Shown here piece after piece: positions 14,297-23,217 of a DNA stretch of 24,000 bases. The stretch's first letter is position 1; every line of letters starts with the position of its first letter. Position numbers and translations under genes: made by a program. The notes under the pieces were generated by a model. It did not search any database. It had not been told where the DNA came from and worked only from the letters and a program-made list of their open reading frames with translations. The stretch comes from Longibaculum muris (GTDB lineage Bacteria > Bacillota_I > Bacilli_A > Erysipelotrichales > Coprobacillaceae), in assembly GCF_004343035.1 (NCBI RefSeq), contig NZ_SMCQ01000019.1, forward strand, positions 19,833-43,832, read 5' to 3'.

Positions 14297-16627
14297 TTAT
14301 TGAAATTGCTTAGCCAATTGCTGATAAGCTGCATTATATTTTCGTTTCTGTAACATCGTAAAGAAATACTTATCAAACAATAAATCAAGCTTCTCACGAA
14401 GCATCTGCATAAATTCCTTCATTGGCATTTGTGCTTGTTCAACACCATTTACATAAAAATAAATAATATTATTTATAATCTTTGCAGATTTCACATCATG
14501 ATTATCTTGATAACTCCAACCATCTAAAAGTGATGCTAATAAACTTCTGATTCTTGATTCATAAACAGCTCTCATCAAAAACGCATGTTCATCTTTTCCA
14601 TCAGTAAAATCATCATAGAAAATATAATGTTTTATCCATTCTTCTTGAAGATGAGAATAATTGTTTTGATAAAATTCATATTCTTGAGATAATAAATCTG
14701 TTAAATCTAATGAACTTAAAATTTTATGATGAAAATCATGAACCAAATAATATTTTTTAGATTTCTTCCCTTTCATAAGCAAACCAGCTTTTTCAATTCC
14801 CATTTTTCCAATAACTTCATAAGATTCATCTATTGAGATTGCTTGATCCTCCATAGCAAAATATTGAGGATTTTTTTGTACAAATTCTGAATCATTCAAG
14901 TACAAATAAAAATTAACATCTTTATTTGTAATAATAGTAGGCATAGGCATATCTTGACAAGATAAAAATTCTAACAAATATTTATTTCTTTGTTGAACAG
15001 ATTGTTTTAACCAATTTGATAGATTTGGCATATCAATTAAATGATTTAAAAAGTTAAGAAAATCTTCGGTTTGTTGTTTGATAATATGTATGTTCCAATT
15101 CTTTGCATAGTCTAGTTGAATAAGTTCATGATATTGATTTTCATCAACTGATATGTTTAGTTTAGTCAATTGGCTTAAAGGACTCCAATCTTGAATAGGA
15201 CAATTATAGATAATTAATTCAGTTAATTGATGAAGCCAAGAAAGTTGACTTATATCAGTTAAAGGATTTTCACTTATATCTAAACTTTTTAATTGTTGGA
15301 GGTCTAAAAGAAATGATATGTCTTTTAATTGTGTATTTGCCAGAACAAGTTTTTTTAAAGATTGACAATAAGTTAATGGAGAGAAATCTTGTATGGTAGA
15401 GTAATGAGTTGCATTGAGATTTGTTAAATTTGAAGCATAGGACAAAACATCAATTGAATCTATTATACTAAAGTCATGAGAATAGTATGGACAATATTTT
15501 GTAAAATCTAAGACTTTGATTTTTTGCATATCTTCAATTGTAATAGGTGAAAGAGAAGAACGTGAAAAACAATTATTGATATAGTAACGTAAACGATTGT
15601 TTTTTATAAATAGTTTTTGTCTTAAATCTTGTTTATCGATATTTTCATAAAGATATTGTTTATATTTTTGTGGATCTTGACTTAAAATAGTTCTGACACA
15701 TTCACGAATATCTTGATTTTGATGATTTTTAAAAGCAAGTATTTCATCCAAGTTTTCATCTAAATAATAAGATAAGATAGATAATGAACGAAGGATTATT
15801 GGAATATTATTTAATGATAATAGAGTTTTGATTTCTGTCTTATAATGCATGATTGAATCTTTTTGATAGGTTTCAATAATTTCTAGCCAATATAAATACA
15901 TTTCATAATCATCAATATTTAAGAATAATTGATGAAGCATATTTTCACATTGTTCATCCCCTTGATAACAAAATAAAGCAGCTAAATTCAATTGTTGTGC
16001 TTGATTAGCATTCGTATAATATTCATGTAATTGATTGAATGAAATTTGTGATAATCCTTTAAATTTATAGAGTGAGTATAATGTTTTATCAAAGTCATCA
16101 GATAAATGTGCAAGAACATTCTCTTGATTTCCTAAGAATTGAATCCCAAAATACTGTGTATCATATCCACTCAATGTTTCCTTCAAGAAAGCTCTATACC
16201 ATTCATCAAAGGAAGCATAGAACTGTGGTAAATAATCTAGATGATCCAAATCAATACTTACCATTTGTCCATAATATTCACCTTGACAATATAACCCATG
16301 TAAAACATGGCAATCAGCTACCAACAATAATAAACCATTTCCATAATCATACCCTTGTTTAATCATATTTTGCCATTCTTGAATTGTTGTATAGGGCGTT
16401 AAGCTTGGCTCTTTATCATTATAATAATAAAAAGCAATTTCTAATGGCTGTAAACCACTTGATGGACCAAAACCTCCATCACCAAAATGCATTAAGAATT
16501 GTTGATATTCTAAAGGAATTTGAACTTGATATTGATGTTCATATTTACGAATATCATGTTGTGTGAGTGCTTGATAAAAAGATACATCTATTCCTTGTGA
16601 TAATAATTCATTTATTTTTGATTGCAT
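14297..16627 (-). CDS. large cytoplasmic multidomain protein: SMI1/KNR4 (SUKH)-like N-terminus, helical repeats, leucine-rich repeats, unknown C-terminal domain
   Basis: The track start GTG 16636 lies inside the RBS AGAGGTG, so ATG 16627 is preferred (776 aa). N-terminus: IRKYEHQYQVQIPLEYQQFLMHFGDGGFG...LLLLVADC...FDEWYRAFLKE (SUKH-like). HEAT-like segment: NHQNQDIRECVRTILSQ. 22-residue LRRs: QSLKKLVLANTQLKDISFLLDL / QQLKSLDISENPLTDISQLSWL / HQLTELIIYNCPIQDWSPLSQL (about nt 15146-15541). There is no signal peptide, TM segment or LPXTG motif. Confidence 0.8.
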   Translation of the reverse strand: MQSKINELLSQGIDVSFYQALTQHDIRKYEHQYQVQIPLEYQQFLMHFGDGGFGPSSGLQPLEIAFYYYNDKEPSLTPYTTIQEWQNMIKQGYDYGNGLLLLVADCHVLHGLYCQGEYYGQMVSIDLDHLDYLPQFYASFDEWYRAFLKETLSGYDTQYFGIQFLGNQENVLAHLSDDFDKTLYSLYKFKGLSQISFNQLHEYYTNANQAQQLNLAALFCYQGDEQCENMLHQLFLNIDDYEMYLYWLEIIETYQKDSIMHYKTEIKTLLSLNNIPIILRSLSILSYYLDENLDEILAFKNHQNQDIRECVRTILSQDPQKYKQYLYENIDKQDLRQKLFIKNNRLRYYINNCFSRSSLSPITIEDMQKIKVLDFTKYCPYYSHDFSIIDSIDVLSYASNLTNLNATHYSTIQDFSPLTYCQSLKKLVLANTQLKDISFLLDLQQLKSLDISENPLTDISQLSWLHQLTELIIYNCPIQDWSPLSQLTKLNISVDENQYHELIQLDYAKNWNIHIIKQQTEDFLNFLNHLIDMPNLSNWLKQSVQQRNKYLLEFLSCQDMPMPTIITNKDVNFYLYLNDSEFVQKNPQYFAMEDQAISIDESYEVIGKMGIEKAGLLMKGKKSKKYYLVHDFHHKILSSLDLTDLLSQEYEFYQNNYSHLQEEWIKHYIFYDDFTDGKDEHAFLMRAVYESRIRSLLASLLDGWSYQDNHDVKSAKIINNIIYFYVNGVEQAQMPMKEFMQMLREKLDLLFDKYFFTMLQKRKYNAAYQQLAKQFQ

Positions 16628-16654
16628 GATAAACACCTCTTTTTTTATTATGTA

Positions 16655-16690
16655 TCAAATAAAAAGAAAAAGCCAGTATTCGTACTGGCT
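16655..16690 (-). terminator. Rho-independent terminator after bgl-AEC operon
   Basis: Minus strand AGCCAGTA-CGAA-TACTGGCT (16690-16671) followed by TTTTTCTTTTTATTT. The stem overlaps the AEC stop codon (16689-16691). Confidence 0.75.
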
Positions 16691-17615
16691 AAACAAGAAA
16701 TAATGCAACAATCAGAGGAATCGTAACAACAGATAATAATGTTGTCATAAAAACAGTTTTTGCTGCTAAAGAAATATCCCCATCATATTCAGTTGCAAAC
16801 AATACAGCACTATTGGCAACTGGCATTGATATCATAATTAAAGTAATACCTAATATTAATGGATCACTAATAAACATATTTAAAATTGGATAAGCAATAA
16901 TAGGGACAATAACCTGTTTAATAATTGTATAAGGATATATACGTAATTCACTAAAAACTTCTTTTAATGGAATATTGGCAAGTGTTGAGCCAATCAGAAG
17001 CATTGCCATTGGTGTTGTAATATCTCCTACCATTGTTATTGTGGAGGCTAAAACATGAGGAACATGAATACCTGTAAAATATATTAGTAAAGCAACCAAT
17101 GAAGCAACAACTCCAGGTGATAATAAATTTTTTGGATCAAGTTTCACTTTTTGCCCTGTTCCATAATTCATAATCATAACGCCACCAGTAAAAACAAATA
17201 AATTAAATATCATATTAAATATTGCAGTAAAAAAAACTGCTTCATTTCCAAATATTGCTTTCATTACAGGAAATCCCATAAACCCAATATTAGAAAACAC
17301 TGTCATAAATATGTATAACCCTTGTTGTGGTAAAGGGACTCTCATAATCTTAACAATGATATAACCTAAAATTGGCATAATTAAATAAACAGCAAAACCA
17401 ACTAAAAATACAAATAAAATATCATTAAGTCCTTGTGTCACAGTTGTGGACAAAACAGATGAAACAATCATTGCTGGTGTTGTTACTGATAGTAACAATG
17501 TTGTAAGTTTTTTATTTAAATCAACATCTAATAACTTAATCTTAAATAAGAAATACCCCAAAGCAATAACTAAAAACAATTGTATCATCTGCATTAATAT
17601 AACCCGAATATCCAC
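16689..17615 (-). CDS. AEC (auxin efflux carrier) family permease
   Basis: 308 aa, about 10 TM, GTG start with GGGGGA 6 nt upstream. MQMIQLFLVIALGYFLFK and the overall layout are typical of the membrane-transport (AEC) family. It begins 11 nt after the preceding small gene. Confidence 0.85.
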   Translation of the reverse strand: MDIRVILMQMIQLFLVIALGYFLFKIKLLDVDLNKKLTTLLLSVTTPAMIVSSVLSTTVTQGLNDILFVFLVGFAVYLIMPILGYIIVKIMRVPLPQQGLYIFMTVFSNIGFMGFPVMKAIFGNEAVFFTAIFNMIFNLFVFTGGVMIMNYGTGQKVKLDPKNLLSPGVVASLVALLIYFTGIHVPHVLASTITMVGDITTPMAMLLIGSTLANIPLKEVFSELRIYPYTIIKQVIVPIIAYPILNMFISDPLILGITLIMISMPVANSAVLFATEYDGDISLAAKTVFMTTLLSVVTIPLIVALFLV

Positions 17616-17626
17616 AACTTATCCCC

Positions 17627-17877
17627 CTAACCTTTTAATCCATTTGCTTGTCTTTCCATATTTTCTACTACAACATCATAGATTTCTCCAAGTGTCGCAG
17701 CATATTCTAAAACCTTCCAAGGTTCATTAGTATGATAATGAATCTTAATTAATTCATCATCACCTACAGCCAATAAACAATCTCCTTGAAAATTTTCAGT
17801 AATATAATCATTAATTTCATCTTCATTTAAGTTTTGACCTTCAATTAATAATTGTGTGTCAAATTTATATTCTAACA

Positions 17878-17878
<1 letters not shown>
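17627..17878 (-). CDS. 83-aa protein resembling an internal segment of YloV/DAK2-fusion (Dak1_2-type) proteins
   Basis: LLAVGDDELIKIHYHTNEPWKVLEYAATLGEIYDVVVENMERQ resembles the ...vHvHTn.P..vl..a...G.l..i.i.NM..Q segment I recall from YloV. The ATG overlaps the GH1 stop (TAATG). Family assignment is from memory and unverified. Confidence 0.55.
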
Positions 17879-19365
<1,487 letters not shown>

Positions 19366-19379
19366 TCATCTTTAAGTTT

Positions 19380-19408
19380 ATTATAATCAAACCAAATATC
19401 CCTGCACA
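19380..19408 (-). promoter_or_regulatory. proximal candidate promoter of GH1 operon
   Basis: Minus strand TGTGCA (19408-19403, weak), 17-nt spacer, perfect TATAAT (19385-19380), about 27 nt upstream of the ATG. Confidence 0.35.
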
Positions 19409-19439
19409 TTATTTTCAAAAGATGAAACAACTTTACAAT

Positions 19440-19468
19440 ATTAAACCCTTCTTTATTTATTAATTCAA
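19440..19468 (-). promoter_or_regulatory. distal candidate promoter of GH1 operon
   Basis: Minus strand TTGAAT (19468-19463), 17-nt spacer, TTTAAT (19445-19440). The -35 box lies inside repeat copy 1. Confidence 0.3.
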
Positions 19469-19484
19469 CGAATATCAAATAAAA
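19463..19484. repeat. 22-nt repeat copy 1 (ATTCAACGAATATCAAATAAAA)
   Basis: Matches 19670-19691 at 20 of 22 positions. The core AACGRATWTC also occurs at 19487-19496. Confidence 0.7.
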
Positions 19485-19566
19485 TCTAACGGATTTCTAA
19501 TAGATTATATAAATCTCTATTTTATTATTTACGAATAATCAGAAATTTCATCTCATTTCACTTTCA

Positions 19567-19602
19567 AATCGAGGACGATTTGCAGGAATCGGGGACGTTT
19601 TG
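19567..19602. repeat. two 16-nt direct repeats 20 bp apart, each a mini-hairpin
   Basis: AATCGAGGACGATTTG (19567-19582) and AATCGGGGACGTTTTG (19587-19602) match at 14 of 16 positions. The first folds as AAATCG-AGGA-CGATTT (perfect 6 bp). The second forms a 5-bp stem with one mismatch. Confidence 0.6.
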
Positions 19603-19669
19603 TACTTGATATACTATTTTATTTCCTAATTTCCTAAATTAATATATTAAGACTATTCTTTTAATTCAG

Positions 19670-19691
19670 ATTCAACGGATTTCAAATAAAA
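19670..19691. repeat. 22-nt repeat copy 2 (ATTCAACGGATTTCAAATAAAA)
   Basis: Matches 19463-19484 at 20 of 22 positions and merges with the U-tract of the PHP-gene terminator. An exact tandem ATTTCCTA x2 lies nearby at 19621-19636. Confidence 0.7.
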
Positions 19692-19708
19692 AAAGGACCT
19701 AAGTCCTT
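19684..19708 (-). terminator. Rho-independent terminator after ROK-PHP operon
   Basis: Minus strand AAGGAC-TTAG-GTCCTT (19708-19693) followed by TTTTTATTT. The stem overlaps the PHP stop codon (19707-19709). Confidence 0.65.
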
Positions 19709-20597
19709 AAATTAAATGATTACTTTTAAGTTGTTCTTCAATGATATGTTCATCAATAATACAACGACATTCCCCTAATTCAATAGCTGGTTTTGTCTTT
19801 CCATGATAATCACTACCACAAGTTGTCATAATATTGTACTCTTGTCCTTTTTGATAGAAGTATTCTACTGTTTCAGGACTATGATAGTTGCTAAAGCATT
19901 CAACACCATCATAACCAAGTTTCATCATATCATCAAACACTTCAAATTGACCCTTTAAATTGTTACCAGGATGTGCTAAAACAGCTTTTCCCCCATGTTT
20001 ATGAATTAATTCAATCGTTTCTTTTAATGATGGATATTTAATTTCTGTATAACATGGTTTCCCTTGAGCATAAAAATCCCAATAGAAATTAACAAAAGGA
20101 TTATCACTACGACTTCCACCTTCACGATATGGTTTTAATAGTTCATGATCTTTATATTCTTCTTTGCCTAACAAAACTTCTCCAAACATTTCACCTGTAT
20201 AAACTCCATTATCTGACAATGCATCTAAATCTTCTTTTGTTAATTGGAATCCTAAAGCATTTGTTAATTCTAATTTCTTTAATGAACATGCTAATTCTTG
20301 ATTTAAAACATTATCTTCAAGTTTTACAAAATCTTCATCATGATAATCAATACCATATCCTAAAACATGTAAATTAATGCCTTCATAAGTACAATCAATT
20401 TCTACTGCTGGAATATATAATATTCCCTTTTCTTTAGCTACACTTTTTGCTTCATCAATAGCTTTTACACTATTATGATCTGCAATTGCCATAATACGTA
20501 TTCCGGCATCATAACATTTTTCTACTAATTGTGTTGGGGTAAATTCCCCATCATCACTATAAAGTGAATGCATGTGTAAATCAATAAATTTTTCCAT
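19707..20597 (-). CDS. PHP-domain metal-dependent phosphoesterase (TrpH/YciV-like)
   Basis: 296 aa. IDLHMHSLYSDDGEF is the PHP motif I. The later His/Asp motifs are AIADHN, VLAHPG and CGSDYHG. RBS GAGGAGG. Overlaps the ROK gene end by 17 nt. Confidence 0.85.
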   Translation of the reverse strand: MEKFIDLHMHSLYSDDGEFTPTQLVEKCYDAGIRIMAIADHNSVKAIDEAKSVAKEKGILYIPAVEIDCTYEGINLHVLGYGIDYHDEDFVKLEDNVLNQELACSLKKLELTNALGFQLTKEDLDALSDNGVYTGEMFGEVLLGKEEYKDHELLKPYREGGSRSDNPFVNFYWDFYAQGKPCYTEIKYPSLKETIELIHKHGGKAVLAHPGNNLKGQFEVFDDMMKLGYDGVECFSNYHSPETVEYFYQKGQEYNIMTTCGSDYHGKTKPAIELGECRCIIDEHIIEEQLKSNHLI

Positions 20598-21621
20598 TGT
20601 TTCTTCCTCCTCTTAAAAATTCATGACCTAATTCTAATAATCCCAAATTCATATATTTTAGAATATCTTCAACAACGACAATATGAGGTAACACTTCTTT
20701 TGATAACATTGTTTTTTGTAGATTTTCTTCAATCTTTTGACTTTCTTCTATCCACGGACAACTAATAACAATTGTTTCTGGATCAACAGTGACTAGTAAT
20801 GTCAAAATAAATATTGTTAATAATTGCAATGTTCCTTCCTTTGTTTTTAAGTATTCAAATTGTTGTTGTTTTGATAATCCTGGTAAAAATGAAAGTTCTC
20901 CAGCCATCCCATGATGTCCACTATGAATATGTCCACCTTGTAAAATACCTACTCCAGATAATTCCTTAAGAGGTTGATAAATCATAGCTAAATCTTTATA
21001 TTCTTGATGTTTAGAATAATATCCCTTAGTAGCAATATTAACATCATTATCAATAATAACTGGAACATGAAATTGAGCTTGTATTTCTTGTTGTATTTGA
21101 CGATTTTTTAAATCTTCTAATCCTCTTACCAAGAAAGATTCATCTAAATAGCCTTGTTCATTTAATATAGCCGGGATAGCTATCATAATGACTTGTATAT
21201 TTTGATATTTTTCAAACATACTATGTATGTTATTTAATAATTCTTGAAAGTTTAATTTCTTTGGTTGTGATTTTTTTTCTTCCAATAAATGATTTTGATA
21301 ATCATAAACTTTCATAATATTATAAATATCATCATATTCTCTAAAGAACGAAATTGTAAGTAACTGACAATAATCAGGATTTAATTCATAACACTTGGCT
21401 TTTCTTCCACCTGTTGATGCAAATTTACTATTCATAACAACTTCTTTAGATTCTATAAGCTCTTGTAAAATATTATGACAAGTCCCCGAACTTAAAGAAG
21501 TCAGTTCAACAATTTGACTTTTTTGACATTGCCCTAATTCATATAATACTTTTAATACTTTTTCTTTATTTGTTTTCCTTAAATTTTGAATTGATTTTTG
21601 CATCAGTTCACCAACTTTCAT
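20581..21621 (-). CDS. ROK-family transcriptional regulator (divergent, no Zn-Cys motif)
   Basis: The N-terminal wHTH is KEKVLKVLYELGQCQKSQIVELTSLSSGTCHNILQELIESKEV. The ROK fold segments are VIIDNDVNIATKGYY and GHHGMAGELSF. The start is uncertain: TTG 21624 and ATG 21621 have no SD, and ATG 21603 has a weak GGTGA. Confidence 0.75.
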   Translation of the reverse strand: MKVGELMQKSIQNLRKTNKEKVLKVLYELGQCQKSQIVELTSLSSGTCHNILQELIESKEVVMNSKFASTGGRKAKCYELNPDYCQLLTISFFREYDDIYNIMKVYDYQNHLLEEKKSQPKKLNFQELLNNIHSMFEKYQNIQVIMIAIPAILNEQGYLDESFLVRGLEDLKNRQIQQEIQAQFHVPVIIDNDVNIATKGYYSKHQEYKDLAMIYQPLKELSGVGILQGGHIHSGHHGMAGELSFLPGLSKQQQFEYLKTKEGTLQLLTIFILTLLVTVDPETIVISCPWIEESQKIEENLQKTMLSKEVLPHIVVVEDILKYMNLGLLELGHEFLRGGRNNGKIY

Positions 21622-21638
21622 CAACTATTGACGAAAGA

Positions 21639-21667
21639 ATTATAACCTATTTTAATGCTTATGAATA
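21639..21667 (-). promoter_or_regulatory. weak candidate promoter of ROK-PHP operon
   Basis: Minus strand perfect TATAAT (21644-21639) with a poor -35 TATTCA (21667-21662) at 17 nt. Confidence 0.3.
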
Positions 21668-21704
21668 GTTGTTTTCACATTATGAAAAAAATAATGAAAA
21701 TTTC

Positions 21705-21733
21705 TTGACTTTCCTACCCTTTTAAAACATACT
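21705..21733 (+). promoter_or_regulatory. candidate sigma-A promoter of mgtE
   Basis: TTGACT (21705-21710), 17-nt spacer, CATACT (21728-21733). Confidence 0.4.
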
Positions 21734-21752
21734 TTGTATATGTAAGAAAGGA

Positions 21753-21814
21753 TGTGAGATTATGGATAAAGGCAAGCCCAAACCGAATCATTATGATCTC
21801 ACATTAGTGAGATC
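21753..21814 (+). promoter_or_regulatory. mgtE leader with two mutually exclusive hairpins
   Basis: Segment A TGTGAGAT (21753-21760) is the exact complement of segment B ATCTCACA (21796-21803). Segment B (GATCTCAC, 21795-21802) is also the exact complement of segment C GTGAGATC (21807-21814) across the loop ATTA. The B:C hairpin is followed by TTCTTAAAAAGGAGG (the mgtE RBS). Confidence 0.45.
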
Positions 21815-21821
21815 TTCTTAA
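21762..21821 (+). CDS. candidate 19-codon leader ORF (MDKGKPKPNHYDLTLVRSS)
   Basis: ATG 21762 has AAAGGA 9 nt upstream and the TAA stop at 21819-21821 lies 14 nt before the mgtE ATG. The ORF spans segments B and C of the leader hairpins. There is no evidence of translation. Confidence 0.2.
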   Translation: MDKGKPKPNHYDLTLVRSS

Positions 21822-21835
21822 AAAGGAGGTCAATC

Positions 21836-23188
21836 ATGGAAAATAAAACACAAATTCAATTAGAAAAATTATTACAAGCCCTAGTTAAACATGATACTAA
21901 GGAAATTGATGATATTTATGAACATGTACAAACAATTGACTTAGCGCAAGAGATTGAAGAATTAGAGGATAATCAGTTAGAATATTTATGTAATCATATT
22001 GATGATGAAAAACTAGCTGAAATTTTAGAAGAATCTGATGAAGAATTACAAGCTGATATTATTGATTGTTTGCATAATCAACGTATTTTAAGATTATTTA
22101 ATTTTATTCCTAAAGATACTATTGTTGATATTTTAGGAGAATTACCTATTGGGAAACGTAAACAATTAATAACATTAATGAAAGCTGATGATCAAAGAGT
22201 CATTGAACAATTATTAGGCTATGAAGATGATAGTGCTGGTGGTTTAATGACCACGGAGTATATTGCTTTAAATGCCCAATTAACAGTTGTCAATGCATTA
22301 ATGAAAATTAAAGAGATTGGTCCTAAGACTGAAGTTATTGAAACAATTTTTGTTTTAAATCATAAAAAACAATTGATTGGGACAGCAGACTTAAGAGATA
22401 TCTTGGTTTCTGAAGAAAATACAACTTTAGAAGATATTATGGATGATCAAGTGATTTATGTTTATCCTGAAACTGACCAGGAAGAAGTTTCTTTGTTAGT
22501 GTCTAAATATGACTTAACAACTATTCCGGTTGTCAGTAAGACGAAAGCTATGTTAGGAATTATCACTGTTGATGATATCATTGACGTTATTCAAGAAGAA
22601 CATACTGAAGATATGTTACAAATGCATGGTGTAAGTAAAGAAGAATCATTAGACTCAACTTTATTTGAATCAATTAAAATGCGTTTACCTTGGCTCATTG
22701 TTAATCTTGTAACAGCATTTTTAGCATCATTTACTGTTAAAATGTTTGAAAGTACTATTGAACAAATAGTTGCATTGTCTGCCACTATGACAATTGTAAC
22801 CGGAATGGGCGGGAATGCTGGTAGTCAAACTTTATCTATTATGATTAGAAGTATTGCCTTAGGTGAAGTTCATTTTAAAGATTGTTTGCCTGCGCTTATT
22901 AAAGAAATCTTTTTAGGTGTGATTAATGGTTTTGTGACTGGAGCTATTACTGGTGTTATTGTTTATATTTTATATGGTAATTTCTATTTAGGTATTATTA
23001 TATGTATTGCAATGGTTGGAAATTTAGTGGTTTCTGGATTCTTTGGTTTCTTGATTCCTGTTGCTTTAAAAGCTGTTCATGCTGATCCAGCACTTGCTTC
23101 ATCAATCTTTTTAACAACTGCAACTGATGTTTTAGGATTCTTTATATTTCTAGAACTGGCAAATATCTTTTTACCCGTTTTACTATAA
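21836..23188 (+). CDS. mgtE: magnesium transporter MgtE
   Basis: 450 aa with an N-terminal MgtE_N acidic helical domain, a CBS pair (GGLMTTEYIAL...IPVVSKTKAMLGIITVDDIID) and a TM domain containing MGGNAGSQ and TTATDVLGF. RBS AAAGGAGG. Confidence 0.95.
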   Translation: MENKTQIQLEKLLQALVKHDTKEIDDIYEHVQTIDLAQEIEELEDNQLEYLCNHIDDEKLAEILEESDEELQADIIDCLHNQRILRLFNFIPKDTIVDILGELPIGKRKQLITLMKADDQRVIEQLLGYEDDSAGGLMTTEYIALNAQLTVVNALMKIKEIGPKTEVIETIFVLNHKKQLIGTADLRDILVSEENTTLEDIMDDQVIYVYPETDQEEVSLLVSKYDLTTIPVVSKTKAMLGIITVDDIIDVIQEEHTEDMLQMHGVSKEESLDSTLFESIKMRLPWLIVNLVTAFLASFTVKMFESTIEQIVALSATMTIVTGMGGNAGSQTLSIMIRSIALGEVHFKDCLPALIKEIFLGVINGFVTGAITGVIVYILYGNFYLGIIICIAMVGNLVVSGFFGFLIPVALKAVHADPALASSIFLTTATDVLGFFIFLELANIFLPVLL

Positions 23189-23190
23189 AT

Positions 23191-23217
23191 CAAAAGCGAC
23201 ATGACGTCGCTTTTTTT
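23191..23217. terminator. bidirectional terminator between mgtE and deoC
   Basis: AAAAGCGAC-ATGAC-GTCGCTTTTTTT: a 6-bp GC-rich stem (23195-23200 / 23206-23211) with an A-run and a T-run. The T-run overlaps the deoC stop codon. Confidence 0.7.

Noticed and set aside
14297-16627. Calling the SUKH-LRR gene part of a polymorphic toxin-immunity or anti-phage defence locus
   Set aside because: No toxin, nuclease, secretion (T7SS/LXG, Rhs, CDI), NTPase or effector gene is adjacent. Both neighbours are ordinary metabolic or transport genes. The idea is kept only as a hypothesis in the finding, not as an annotation.
21625-21835. M-box (ykoK) Mg2+ riboswitch expected upstream of mgtE
   Set aside because: The promoter-to-ATG distance is only about 100 nt and none of the conserved M-box strings I recall are present. 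The region is treated instead as a possible novel leader. An Rfam scan is needed to be sure.
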